Positions 47,701-52,272 of a DNA stretch of 64,000 bases are shown in pieces. Position 1 is the first letter of the stretch. Every line of letters begins with the position of its first letter. Both the position numbers and the translations under genes were made by a program. Origin of the DNA: an uncultured Candidatus Saccharibacteria bacterium (GTDB lineage: Bacteria; Patescibacteriota; Minisyncoccia; Phycocordibacterales; UBA918). The stretch spans positions 34,334-98,333 of the forward strand of contig CAYXYJ010000001.1 of the NCBI GenBank assembly GCA_964469295.1, written 5' to 3'. Under the pieces are notes generated by a model that searched no databases, was not told the origin of the DNA, and worked only from the letters and a program-made list of their open reading frames with translations.

Positions 47701-50005
47701 TCGCATCAGAAGCAATTTGCCATTGACGCAACTCCTTAAATCCATCCATGTCAAGTGGCCCAAGCAAATACAAATATGGACTAATATCCGGAGCATCAAA
47801 GACATACGTTAGTTGCTTGGTTTCACCAACTTCCATCGTCACATCTTTCCACGTAATAAGCGTCGCCTCTTCCAGTGTTGTCACTTCTCCACCACTGGTG
47901 TCAGCAAAAACAAATCCCCGAGGAACACGTTCGACAATATCGCCGGTAAATGATCGATTCGCTTTAATATCGAGTGTCACTGTATATGGTGCAGGCGGAT
48001 AAATACGCGTTGGTGCCGTGCGCGTAATATCGTACGGAATGTAGTCACTCACCGTAAACGAATCAGAAATTTTATGAACAACTTCCCCTTCCAGATTTCG
48101 ATTTTCTAGTTGGATGGTATAGACACCCCATTCGTCAGTATCAGTAAAGGTGGCAATATAATCCGGTTCTTCGGTCACATTATTTGGTCCACAGGCACCA
48201 GTTTGTGTCACAGGCACTTCAAAAATTTCATTTTTGGGATCAATAATTTTAAGTGACAAATCTGCATTACAAATTGTGTCACCCTTGGCTGTCAAAGCCG
48301 CAATATCCAGCTCTACAGTTTCGTTCGGAGAATATTGACTTTTGTGTGTGTTAATAGCAAGCACTCCCCAATAAAATTCAAAACTATCAGAATATTCCGT
48401 TTCGTTTTCATTAACAGTAACTCGCAACCGATAAACGCCAGGTACAAATTTTTGTGGTTGACGCATGACTTTTATTGTCCAGGTTGTTTCGTCTTGGTAT
48501 ACAATTGAAAATGGCACGTCAAGAACGTCACCGTTCTTGTCGACTAATTCGATTTTATCTACAGCGTATAAATTTTCTCCAAAAAGATTATTAAAAATCC
48601 GCTTTATAAACGCTTGTTGTGGGTCATAACTCATCGTAAACGATGGCAAATTATTCACCGTCATGTCCGTCCCTTCAATGGAAAGTTCATGAAACTTCGG
48701 TTTCTCCAAATCGCGTTCATAATCAAGACGATCGGTTAAAGCCGGGTCAGCTGGATTTTCATAAAATTGACCGGACGTTACTTCCAACCATACGCCATCA
48801 ACATACACAGCATCGAGATCTGACTTAATACCTTCATACGTCACTTTTACTGCCAATGCCGATAAATCTTTGGTGTACGATGGCACTTCTAGTGAAACAA
48901 GAAAATGATCACCATTGATACTGTTGGAAATTTCTTCGTTAATATCAATAACGGTTCCAGTTTTCCACGCCACTCCATCAAGCGCATATGATACGACGAT
49001 TCTTTGCACCTCACTTGATACTTTGGCACGCGCTGCCAAAGACAATCGTAACTGTACAGTATCAAGAACGGTACCAGGCAAAAATTCTGGCAAAGCAAAA
49101 CCTTTGAAAGTAAGTGTATCTGATTCACATTTAATGATTTCACTACAAGGAGTCACTCCAAATACTTCAGGTAGTTGCGAATTTTGGTCTGTTGTTGACG
49201 AGTTAGTCGACTCATCTATTGGTATTGGTGAGGATTCAGCAATAGAAGAATCTTCAGTGGTAGTTGACGATACAGCAGCGTCAACTGATTCAGTTTCGGT
49301 AGTATCAATTGTCTCAATAACTGCGACAGTTTCTTCTTCGGTAGTAGTAACATCATCAGACGTCATTTCATCTTCAACGGATACCTCATTGTCATATTGC
49401 GCCCAAGGAAAACGATCGGTGGTGGTAGTGTACGTCGGAATACTCAATGGCACAACTACCGATACTGATTCATTAGTGGCTTCTGAATTATTATTTGTTT
49501 CAACTTCAGTAATCGGCTCATTATCGTCTGTTGGAACTACTGTAGTTTCTTCGGCTCCAGCATCGGGCACTGCGCCATCAACACCAGAATCAGTATCTTC
49601 ACTACCGTTGTTGGTTGATTCGTTTGTTTCATCAATAATTGGTTCTTCGACACTATTTACATTCTCACCAGTATCAATAGTATCGTCAACAATATATGTT
49701 ATGTAAGCCGAATTTTCTTTTGAAAAGGATTGGTATAGCCCATCACCAGACACATCTTCAATTAATACCGAACCGAGGCCCTGCCAGGTATCTGAGGTTA
49801 CTTCACTAGGAACTATAATCAATTGTTCAGTGGTATACACCGTTCTATCAATCGTGGCCGCAAACGCCAAAAAGCCACTGATAAAAACAATTACCAGTAG
49901 GACCCTCCAAGTCACACGGTTTAAAAATGGAATGTGGTGTAACACAACTCTAACGTCCAACTCATTGCAGAGATTGGACTGCATATAGTATAACGCGCCG
50001 GTCAC
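26756..50005 (-). CDS. giant (7749-aa) multidomain secreted surface/adhesin-like protein
   Basis: A single uninterrupted 23.25-kb ORF. It has an N-terminal signal/TM (VTWRVLLVIVFISGFLAFAA). It carries three FN3-like modules (..TYYWRVRAKD, ..TTYWWRVRARDDEG, ..TTYWWRVRARDINDEN). Two ~450-aa propeller-like duplications have W[DN]G..W blades. A ~760-aa Gly-rich region is present. Long G/T/S/N-rich beta-helix-like repeats occur (..GTFAHNNGEVRF..). Three DUF2341-like + LamG-like modules are present (DWYASGWARRLKITVDH..., SWNYRLPIVVKANQISAGLTNFPVYVDL..., DWDYRQRVRVHNATG..., each followed by ..GDIDELRFSNVRRT-type jelly-roll). A Cys-rich C-terminus closes the protein. The annotated first codon is GTG; an ATG lies 7 codons downstream (49984). 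Confidence 0.85.
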   Translation of the reverse strand: MTGALYYMQSNLCNELDVRVVLHHIPFLNRVTWRVLLVIVFISGFLAFAATIDRTVYTTEQLIIVPSEVTSDTWQGLGSVLIEDVSGDGLYQSFSKENSAYITYIVDDTIDTGENVNSVEEPIIDETNESTNNGSEDTDSGVDGAVPDAGAEETTVVPTDDNEPITEVETNNNSEATNESVSVVVPLSIPTYTTTTDRFPWAQYDNEVSVEDEMTSDDVTTTEEETVAVIETIDTTETESVDAAVSSTTTEDSSIAESSPIPIDESTNSSTTDQNSQLPEVFGVTPCSEIIKCESDTLTFKGFALPEFLPGTVLDTVQLRLSLAARAKVSSEVQRIVVSYALDGVAWKTGTVIDINEEISNSINGDHFLVSLEVPSYTKDLSALAVKVTYEGIKSDLDAVYVDGVWLEVTSGQFYENPADPALTDRLDYERDLEKPKFHELSIEGTDMTVNNLPSFTMSYDPQQAFIKRIFNNLFGENLYAVDKIELVDKNGDVLDVPFSIVYQDETTWTIKVMRQPQKFVPGVYRLRVTVNENETEYSDSFEFYWGVLAINTHKSQYSPNETVELDIAALTAKGDTICNADLSLKIIDPKNEIFEVPVTQTGACGPNNVTEEPDYIATFTDTDEWGVYTIQLENRNLEGEVVHKISDSFTVSDYIPYDITRTAPTRIYPPAPYTVTLDIKANRSFTGDIVERVPRGFVFADTSGGEVTTLEEATLITWKDVTMEVGETKQLTYVFDAPDISPYLYLLGPLDMDGFKELRQWQIASDAISSVAWLTGTRSQLGTNLNEVSPSALLWSTSTVDSFYFAHSTSSSPQRLYVQKNGDYQVSVTIPLERNDTINNQWARVGFEVRVNGVVVPHAIGRSGLIYNASSTDRQNESSDHGSFLLTNLHVGDYIEVYAQALTSYVAQPITISGQASLYVEHMPTTADVFAATATRTVASTSLNTATSALLWTETRQDSGYVHSDTINPENITISDPGMYLVYVNMPFDSRATAYRNVLGRVFLDGAQVPGGVFSQGLQIVTANADYYSTNHWSGIVVATTTNQILTITMEQEASAGTTTVPNGFTGSVFIQKLPTDDVIALRGRDLSGGTNWNPSPAQKILWDTQIAYDNITFTHSTSSNTGDVTINESGDYLLTYNDALYTAGGTNNVIISVFVNGVAVPGAQTKSHYVTNSSGHQDSSGSLVYNLAGLTPGTIVSVQALRDANTTVVNDRTDALLMLWKKKELNFRPGAATYYNAPFDNVRFASTTPYFDFSTTDPDGSSDLVYEFSISTSSDFVGAIERFSNIDSGFTNTASTSDTSPFIEGQKIRYQLQGADALVSGNTYYWRVRAKDVSGSNEFGDWSTTQSLTVNTLMTLPDWYQTVDAQFLSNNLVGVVGNGSGGAVVDVIDNTEAMLVYGEKTETVMMYRLWDGTAWGAQTNGPNLGAEIYWAESSAGNIRDEYVASFITADGDVNALVYSASTSSWGHQNEFVTDLNTPARRGLAVAHETTSGDAMVVACSVGADPVYTIWNGSTWSATSSVDVASTNNCNWLTIAADPTSDELILVTKNAADNYEAHVWDGTAWIDSIALGRVAGTNVATEGMSVVYEESGDQAMVVSSDGNDNEFRYATWNGADWSAVFTVQVSGNTNDFENGQLVRDQGTDRIGFCMVDDASDINAIIWDGEVWGTEVQLESTTESTQSRPFDCEFETIPGRDGNFIVAYSDANTDEYQYLNTSWSGPLDMSDMEEFWYLQTARTGDGTILAVGMENQGVDPLRASTFNGTNWSPNTLIQANPAETNADPRSESFSIATRRFSYSAGTMTTRPVAFSSVAGQSKWGDLSFSTTEPIGATIKVRVKYSNVGTCDAYIPDGVLTGNDTGFSAASAPIDLSGLSTTTYSQICLEAAITTAAEVSASLNDWNITWVRQPKLIQNEYQWFVNGSFLTPTDPWPVGIIDTPINTSFGAGDAISVNETIRLRTSLRGLNINTPTSTVTLKLQYAPGLTCSPSLNWQDVGEIGSTTALWRGYANAVVGDDWYASGWARRLKITVDHTLVSEDLTDFPVYVDLADLPDGFFASVQSDGDDIRVTTADGLTEVPRDLVAINTISKTGELHFKASVSSTTDSEFYIYYNNPGASGYAANGTYGSENVWSNGYRLRYAMDDNPAASSPQIKDSTSYSNDAVVRGTAGMTAGDVVGGKVGQAINHDGNDGAFFENVLTFSGTFTVSLWWRTQNIVDGNGFALASADGGSNEKIGAWNTPSNGRAFVRVLPGGSSDTAINHPADGTWTYVVVTRDSSNKVDVHFNGSTTRLFGDVAQNGNSNWHNFGGDPSQGFEGDIDELRFSNVRRTNGWLRTEYFNQGNPTGFYDISEEQLISDGRNLPSTLLASSTYAETYEEENPTRENQHQIVVGSSAEWDFVLQNNNAVANTNYCFRLVYENDALLSVYNRYPRLITNAPPLSTDLFAPFDNEQTASTTPWFEFATTDALDDMLSYEIEVDTDYTFGSPDVVSESGANFSQFTNLSSPSERGLYTPGQIIRFIPETALSNNTTYWWRVRARDDEGSGAYGEWSTAKSVTINTATAITTWFQTTKEQFDTDDLIDAAINVADDIRIATGFTVATTTSTAIHFSDVDTGNAWGLLQFTDNESSGDIKYSIEYLVSGNEWELIPDADLPGNAAGFDTSGVSLASLSTTVYHTIRIRAIMTGNDSLPRLESWSLLWGERITMPNHITPFDNAKVNSATPILRFQTADPQGDSMEYEVQISTTANFVSSTTYVSGVVSGFANEITPADTTPFNSNEVISYTFQSPLSNNTTYWWRVRARDINDENAYSDWSAPNSFTVSVGLGVSTWFQTTGDQFLTNDNRNIEKTETQAQITTTITEAMVAYGESTSFLPRYRIWDGAAWSDPQTALEVGALIEWSDLKAAPKRNEYALATLGTDGDVNVQIYDGLTGTWGDMNELVTSIANTGYRGESIAYETNSGDLLAIACEGTNAVYSVWNGSSWSATSSISLTKGTNCQFIQTASDPTSDEIIAVFKHEITGSPDYEALVWNGSSWGHSLTFGDMSRAANEGIAVDYEASGNQAIIVVSNGNNAGFLYNTWDGSNWSGTLAQTLQDDFEHGVIKRDVGTDRLAFCAIDIDGQISTTLWDGAAWDTYTTLDTAGNSQAGRPVSCEFETTPSRDGYVMIPYSDTVNARYQYYATSSYSGEQNITGLNLNVGAWTTQTIRTANGLILAMFLKDDSIAPADQYLFTYWDGTAWTGQEVISSLPSVNGTPFHDSIAMAAQISPNFVDGTIRSTPINFSDGGSPRWESIGWNDTTPGASLIKYRVYYEVSTGTYALVPDSEIAGNAAGITSGPVDITDLEPVIYKKLQLEAELICDSGDCPALLDWYVEWSEGISISGIAFAYDQSTPLTEGTIAVAINGVLQSGKTANISAATGTQKAIFSSTGTSTFTVPASVTAVTVKAWGGGGGGGGGGVSNAGAFGGGGGFVQATLPVTPAENLSVRVGGGGGGGLFASPAGAGAGGGYAGIYRSSTPLVIAGAGGGGGAGGGGIGYVGVGIECAVSATNCSPNIPQGTAEHDVLIAVLHSRTATAHTCVTNCSGWTEFSSQTSGNGQLSVWYLRQGTTTPLMPTFGGPATDSYIGRIWAFRGVARTGNPFDQVSANNSQTAATTYTGPNLSSTVANSMLVFVGGSLDDRDWGPSGGSCGMPSGVNTAFYSTNTNGNDNSIFLCFDDTPTNSAGSLGVPSMTQSAAFAGRSFNFNLRPETATQLASAGAGGAGGGLVGGNGGANDTVFSVTGGATTDMFGFRHHVFTSSDTFQVTSGTRSVDLLLVGGGGGGGGYRYGGGGGGAGAIKILENQVLGTSSYAVTIGAGGTGGDNTDTANGNGQTGGTTSFAANTAIGGGGGLRGDRPNDGSTGFFGASGGGGGSTNVNAVSHAGGTSTAGFGNDGGAGGSANATNDQSGGGGGGAGSAGSAGSNTSGGNGGVGRDLSAWWGTSVGVSGWFGGGGGGGKRNAETAGTASHGGGNGGVGNNNGVTATANTGGGGGGAGGTSATQYGGGGGSGLVIARYRIPLLASTGGTQSAGGTAGGAATSGASLLGGAGDSGVSGGAGGTAEVFGGGAGGTGNSATAEAGGGGGGAGYFGGGGGARGMNALHSGAGGAGGSSYIYASATATSTIAGSGAGAANIGDADYAGGAGNGGAGGAAGSAGTAGGNGRVVISWVGSTTPGVWNIPNVNVAVGDVVTIFRQSVDGSLEAVAVTKYDGNGDITGMQLSSRHVTIGSDDAPIIANNDLEVYKNSDNEDIFYDVAGGNILNLCNESTCGDAGLRVLSGSTYQPGANGSVIHFQNNGTFLPTMNTLRVRGDWKQLGTFTTDASTIIFTATSTSPQIESATTSIEFANVTFGETSGAAIWTLSKPLSVKGSLAINYGTLARNTQTIAIMGNLSLGSSGTMTGLATTSFTGSGAHTWGDAKSATTSTNAGYVVVDGTAKTITLSGNVGADTVTIGADDTLNSSGSGYNINVYKAWVNNNSFIPQTGTVTFVGTSTGVIYRGASSFNNLAFTGVGGNWSFSTSTLALTGNLTIATGTVTLPTGTTTIAGSFLNTGGTFAHNNGEVRFTSTSGGRTITQRATAFLNTFYDVVFAGSGAWSFSESAATTTRHFRIQSGTVTMPTGTLTVGGDFNVSGTGAFAHNNGEVVFLVQDANTVRANGSAFNHVRTRGGVAGSWYNDSWNYRLPIVVKANQISAGLTNFPVYVDLHDLPSSFFSNTKADGGDIRVTQSDGMTEVPIELVSINTGTQVGELYFRANALSSTTDATFYIYYGNAAASGYANNATYGSLAVWNNGYVIVAHMNDLTTSSIKNSATTSRDGTKDSANNPQVVTTGKIYNAQDYSGDDITIPNVGYGSANITISAWFNPDDLTGSGDTATYGFTIFSAHDTNYTWLTAGGTGATSELKFCAFTSNSTCNTTSGAGISTGQWNFVSATAIDGGASTVRVNANPVLSFSNDGAATWNSYSTIGDLRDNRNIEFDGRLDEIRISNVIRSTAWQDAEYKNTSTTTNFYTIGGVELVRSRIFTDTNVSILGNFILDTSGDATFPTGILSVGGSFDNNAKFIANGGTVRFNSTAGAETIAAGSSTFATLEFNSASGDFTVTENATATTAILLSAASQFTLQNGRILESTGTFTNAASGTATTWTGSILRLSGTDHTMNNKSHGGDVYGTLQVVGDTDVAMWNSSASTYSTLDTSSIYSQDHAGVDGDLNIYGNYIRSTGTEYWSYATDFDGTALGTSSARQVDIRVATSGYIGFVNSSLNFVGVAGASSTIDALAGTYTLNASNTTVTAEQFRVSGTNNAGLGLYASSTLSIFRDGFFTVASGSTAITVSSSTVTKNASAQLYRIGFATSTGLASNVTLVGTTSSFIWFRDGVGNLYGESFDTNDGNPGSIRFDDSSNTITVSGFVYGANGSSPIGAPTCNGSTPNVRLVVNSGSYTASTSCNAATGAYTFSNVTYIGDPKITVYLNTNGGAQGVSVTKTPTANITNMNIYANYLTTRHQDVAPLTIADLVLYDYDNDTDIRFIATTSSLSVLSGSGLSVFASSTFAPGGNVSLLGNAGTSSAEGTLQIGADATFLATSTETHSLAGRLVMATTSILTPASSTFVFTATTTGKSITAPNTVTFNNLQFVGAGGAWNITAPLVVNGAMNVNAGTVTGTSNITLTNGSITGNGVLSLGGGTLTLQQSNTFGGNTAWTVNNLTLGNGSIVGTTTPATATTTTVLGLLFIQSSHFFAAGSSTWDLAGTGTVFTETGTFIEGTSRVRYSGNSATVLGTTYYDLVINAAAGSSTMTAIGSGLATLNNLVIGGTASTTFNLNTNDPAVTVGNDLLINTGGTVLASNSSTLTIVGSYDNNGNFVGNSGTVAFTGSGTETIAAGASPFSSVTINGTGNFTVTEHATATASWLLSNHTNFTVASSQSLAIGGSFINSIGGTSTTWTGSRLHLFGGGSMSINASTTADSYGTLSVASSTRVRMWNSDASSYIIDGGLYSQDHNSTNGLLHIYGNFNETTANDYWSYATDFDGTPLLGGNGRAVTVAFADNARGTWTGGSLSVIGSTSASTTIQNQGSGSYNLMIGGTASTSWNRVVLRNLKSSGLEFSGTPTVVDFSRTDHLVQVNGGTGITVGGTVLNANEARNFTNNVFAADIGVTGASNVTATGTAVTSWRFTNHVGNIAGENYDVDPTGDPGYLVWDDSQALITVSGNVYSDEGSTVSMVCDGVTNAVTLRVAGLTSYSTTCNASTGAYSISNVAFNTLDSLIVYIDGKTQKAAHVTKSPISSISNMHLYENRIIVRHENTDPITIADMAVWDSSDDADIPFTAVDSGNDTLDIGANRKLIIWSGKTFAPNGNVTLAGGGAGDAVDGTMEALTNARFRAANGETHSVAGDFLFGTGAVFEAGQSTTTFTSSVSGRTIDVNSNHFYNVGFTGSGSYTVTDNTFTTQRSYSQSAGSVTFGSGTTTIGASFNATGGSFTMPSTALIFTSTSTGNVVRFDDGVVPPVRFTGNGGSWSMTDTNATTTGSVYIAGGAVTLPSGSLTVGGSFEVASGTVTHNTSDIIMTGSGSLVLRANNSDLFALRKTGNGTLTMLDNSLTLRDDLVVASGTLVAATGTLSIGGSMSITGTNFTHSSGTVLFNAVTTGKTIAVGSSTLYNVNFGSASGGWTWLGNATATNNVTLSSASSFTKASSTVLVVGGVFTNLVGGSATNWTNSTLQLTGTNPFTINTKTAGGDVYATVTINSAHVRMWNSSAATTTTGLTASLYSQDHGAVDGVLNIYGDFTIATTSEYWSYSIDFDGTTLTGPAQRSVTVRFAPSASSTLMSGTLDIIGGVGATTSIAALNGGTYAFSAMGGSLSMRYASVTDMWSEGIALSGNVNLSQFSNNNLRLVVDTGSLITVTSSVVDANASEIYNAIGMHAGAVSGYGVELVGTTTNAWRFTDAYGSLGTEGFDIDGLDACGSIRFNDSACLLTTQSDARWRMDNGGEGAPDSEWFDGDWDYRQRVRVHNATGNSYATTSVKLLVTYDNSMQSDFDDLRFTGNNGLTSLPYWIERYVASTEAVVWVQVPSVPATGAATVFMYYGNGTASSTSNAGNTFTFVDTFEDNNITEYSGDTSLFQTDTAPVYGGTYALEASNKSGRTTDGIYRTGSQTAQDQTIRWMQYIDISAGSGDEACTLFAVQNANNNYAICLEQFGTDRMVISKDVDDNDVSGTILASTTVTYATGWYEVEVDWFTNNRISAYLYNTAGSLVASTTVINSSYTSGGMGFTFWFQNGSWDSYTVRGLSPRRPTVYFGAKQTAGGSTWAAAQNAMGGAIPGETRRLRIGIENTGLDITSQQFRLDYAAKASAPSCESVAQGSFAPVPNQASCGSSPVCMQSSSYITGDDNTTDLLANMSGGYTTGRIVESPATSTSAMDVPQHTYTELEYVITPTVAASDSYCFRVTNNGTPLDYYEAVPELGLQFDPVFGPVTLNNGQPIVLTPNATTTIVASSTVTDFNGYADIVSGTSTMYRSGAGAACSANTNNCYISTTNNSCHLTACSGNTCSLVCSSDIYFHADPTDAGAYEGEEWMAYMEVNDTGGGYDFASALGVELLTLRALTVDSAINYGSLAPDDNTGTYNPTTTVSNTGNVAFDLEILGTDLSDGHSSVIPASQQKLATSTFSYSACATCSLLSSTTPVELAVNLDKPVTESPLVSTQLYWGISVPLGVNSAPHQGINVFTPVSP
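37414..39685 (-). repeat. Gly-rich low-complexity coding region of the giant gene containing in-frame (GCC)n/(CCA)n trinucleotide tracts
   Basis: Protein aa ~3440-4200 is ~45% Gly (GGGGGGGGGVSNAGAFGGGGGF..., GGTGGDNTD-type GGXGXD units). The DNA shows (ccg)7 at ~39530..39549, (gcc)6 at ~37912..37933 and (cca)4(ccg)6 at ~39641..39672. Antisense Pro-rich ORFs (37500..37895, 39579..39848) are shadows of this region. Confidence 0.7.
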
Positions 50006-50018
50006 TCATGACCGGCGC
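49995..50018. promoter_or_regulatory. GC-rich perfect hairpin (gcgccggtca-ctca-tgaccggcgc) overlapping the annotated GTG start of the giant gene
   Basis: A 10-bp perfect stem with a 4-nt loop, seen directly in the sequence. It lies between the upstream cohesin gene stop (50054) and the first ATG of the giant ORF (49984). Confidence 0.5.
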
Positions 50019-50053
50019 GTTTACCCCGTTAATATGTGGATTCCGAAGTCAAA

Positions 50054-51616
50054 CTACTTCAAAATTGATTTTACGTCATTGATTTCTTTTTCAATCAAGG
50101 TCTCAGATACTTCGAGTGCTTGATTTAATCCTTCGACGGCTTCCTTTTCTTTTTTCGATAATCGCGGTCGTTTGGTAATCAAATTAATTTGGTCATAAAT
50201 TTCATCCCGTAAAGCCGAGAATATTTTTTCCATCTGATCTTGAATTTCTCGAGTTTCGCGGCGCAATTTATCTTCTCGTAATTTATTTTGTTTGCGATCA
50301 TACCAAAGGAAAATGAATTGCAATAAAATGATGGTCAACAATAACGTCGTGACAATATTTCGAGTAGTAAAGTAATCCCAGATGGTTGTTTCTACTACTA
50401 CTTCTACCGGCTTAATCCACCCGGCGGTAATTTGCACAGCCACACTCGCTTCACGCACGTTACCAGCTTTATCATACGCTACTACTTTAACAGTGTACGT
50501 ACCATCTTCTAACTCCTTTAGGAGATATCCGACTTTAGCTTCGTCAGGAGTTACTTTTATTGGCTCATTGTCAGCAATGGTCATTTCGTAGTAATCAATG
50601 CCAGAGGTGACATCCACCGCTTCAAAATTAAGTTGCGGGAATCCAGTTGGTGAATTTGACACCCGAACATCAATGGCAAACTCTTCTGGTGGTGTCGTGT
50701 CAATCATGATTTTTCGATTTAACACAGTCCCCCAACCAACTTGATTTTTAAATTTGATGCTTAGGTATTGTACCCCATCAACGACAGTATCTTTGTTGAT
50801 GGCAAACTCTTCGATTGGTGGGTCATACACTGCATCTTCTGTTTTTTCCGGTTGATTATCAGACGATGTCGCAATCATCACCGCAACCACATTCACGTCA
50901 AATGGCAGCTCCCAAGTAAATAATCCATCGGTAATGTTGTACCACAATTCAGCATCAAGGAAGGCTTGTGATCCGACTTCTGGCGCCCGTGGCGGATCGC
51001 CAAATATAATCGCCTCTCGGTCATCTGTTGGTTCTGATTCCGTTGGAGTTGGCGTTTCTGGTTGTGGCGTTGATGTCGGAGTTGGTGTCGTTGCTGCAGC
51101 TACGGTGAAAGAACCATTGGTGCTCTTTTGATAGACATCCGTTCCCCGACCATCGGCTGCCAGCACCGATGCATTAGCCACCGACACCGCACCAGTTCCC
51201 GCTGCTACCGTACGAAATGTCACACTAACCAAGTTTGATTGCGCGGTAAATGGTGAAGGGCTACCACCGCCAAACGTAATTGTTCCGGCACTATTGGAAA
51301 ATGTTGGTTCGGTTGTCCAGAGAGAAAATACCGATCCAGTTTTACTGACACTAACTACTGACAATACCGCCGGATCAAATTTTAATGATGCTTCCACCGC
51401 GTTAACGCTGGTGCCACCTGGGTTAACGCGCACGTTAACGGTAAATGTTTGCCCAGGAGTGTAGTTACCAGTGGCTGGCGCCACCAAAAGATCCGCCGCT
51501 GATGCGATGGTCACCCCACAAAATAACAAACCTACAATACACAACGGTACGACTATTCGATAAATGTTATGAAGGATGTCGTGAACAAAATTGAAGAGCA
51601 TAGGAACTAACTGCAT
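50054..51616 (-). CDS. membrane-anchored cohesin-like scaffold protein (paralog of 13936..15669)
   Basis: 520 aa. N-terminal anchor, then ADLLVAPATGNYTPGQTFTVNVRVNPGGTSVNAVEASLKFDPAVLSVVSVSKTGSVFSLWTTEPTFSNSAGTITFGGGSP... A Pro/Thr linker and Ig-like domains follow. A TM (LLLTIILLQFIFLWY) and a coiled-coil charged tail close the protein. Confidence 0.6.
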   Translation of the reverse strand: MQLVPMLFNFVHDILHNIYRIVVPLCIVGLLFCGVTIASAADLLVAPATGNYTPGQTFTVNVRVNPGGTSVNAVEASLKFDPAVLSVVSVSKTGSVFSLWTTEPTFSNSAGTITFGGGSPSPFTAQSNLVSVTFRTVAAGTGAVSVANASVLAADGRGTDVYQKSTNGSFTVAAATTPTPTSTPQPETPTPTESEPTDDREAIIFGDPPRAPEVGSQAFLDAELWYNITDGLFTWELPFDVNVVAVMIATSSDNQPEKTEDAVYDPPIEEFAINKDTVVDGVQYLSIKFKNQVGWGTVLNRKIMIDTTPPEEFAIDVRVSNSPTGFPQLNFEAVDVTSGIDYYEMTIADNEPIKVTPDEAKVGYLLKELEDGTYTVKVVAYDKAGNVREASVAVQITAGWIKPVEVVVETTIWDYFTTRNIVTTLLLTIILLQFIFLWYDRKQNKLREDKLRRETREIQDQMEKIFSALRDEIYDQINLITKRPRLSKKEKEAVEGLNQALEVSETLIEKEINDVKSILK

Positions 51617-51628
51617 ATTATGAATAAA

Positions 51629-52108
51629 TTATTTTACTGGTCGTCGTCTGTCCGGAGTAATTTTTAATCTGACCTTTTCTTTTTCTTCCGGTTTTAATAA
51701 TGGCAATATCAATATCAAAACGCCATTTTTAATTTTGGCTTCAGCTTTTTCAATTTCAACACTTTCAGGCAAAATAATCCGGCGATAAAAATCTCCCCAC
51801 ACGCACTCTTCAGTAAAAAATGCACCCCGTGGCTTTGTTTTTGGAAACACCAAAAATTCTGGACGCACTCGTCGTCCTTCAATTAAAACAATATCAGCAT
51901 CGCCCTCAATAGAGACGTGTACATCGCTCATATCCGCGCCTGCAGCTTGCGCATAAATAACAATTGTTCGTTCAGTTTGAAAAACGTCAACATCAAGCTG
52001 AGCAATTTTATCAACCGCAGTTTCCTCCTCACTTGATTGAAGGGTTTGGTCCGATCGAACACCCTTTCCTTTTAGTCGTTGTAAAAAAGACATATGTACA
52101 CTATTCAT
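51629..52108 (-). CDS. Hsp20/alpha-crystallin family small heat-shock protein
   Basis: 159 aa. The alpha-crystallin domain pattern is ...ERTIVIYAQAAGADMSDVHVSIEGD...ILPESVEIEKAEAKIKNGVLILILPLLKPEE. Confidence 0.7.
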   Translation of the reverse strand: MNSVHMSFLQRLKGKGVRSDQTLQSSEEETAVDKIAQLDVDVFQTERTIVIYAQAAGADMSDVHVSIEGDADIVLIEGRRVRPEFLVFPKTKPRGAFFTEECVWGDFYRRIILPESVEIEKAEAKIKNGVLILILPLLKPEEKEKVRLKITPDRRRPVK

Positions 52109-52272
52109 TTACTATTATATAAGTCGATTTCTGCAAAAATGCATACTTACCCACATTAACCGCTGACAATACCGAAAATGAATGATCCCTATTTTTTCGA
52201 CATACTTCTCTACTTCCTACCAAGCAACGGTATCACGACGCTAATTATGATAGGATAGAACTTTGTTGACAC

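Noticed and set aside
48915-49706. 263-aa plus-strand ORF and the many 60-180-aa plus and minus ORFs nested in the giant genes (e.g. 8363..8842, 39037..39582, 42268..42702, 44689..45249)
   Set aside because: All lie inside, and out of frame with or antisense to, long well-supported surface-protein ORFs. Their Ser/Thr/Val-rich composition mirrors the sense strand, so they are best explained as chance ORFs in biased sequence.
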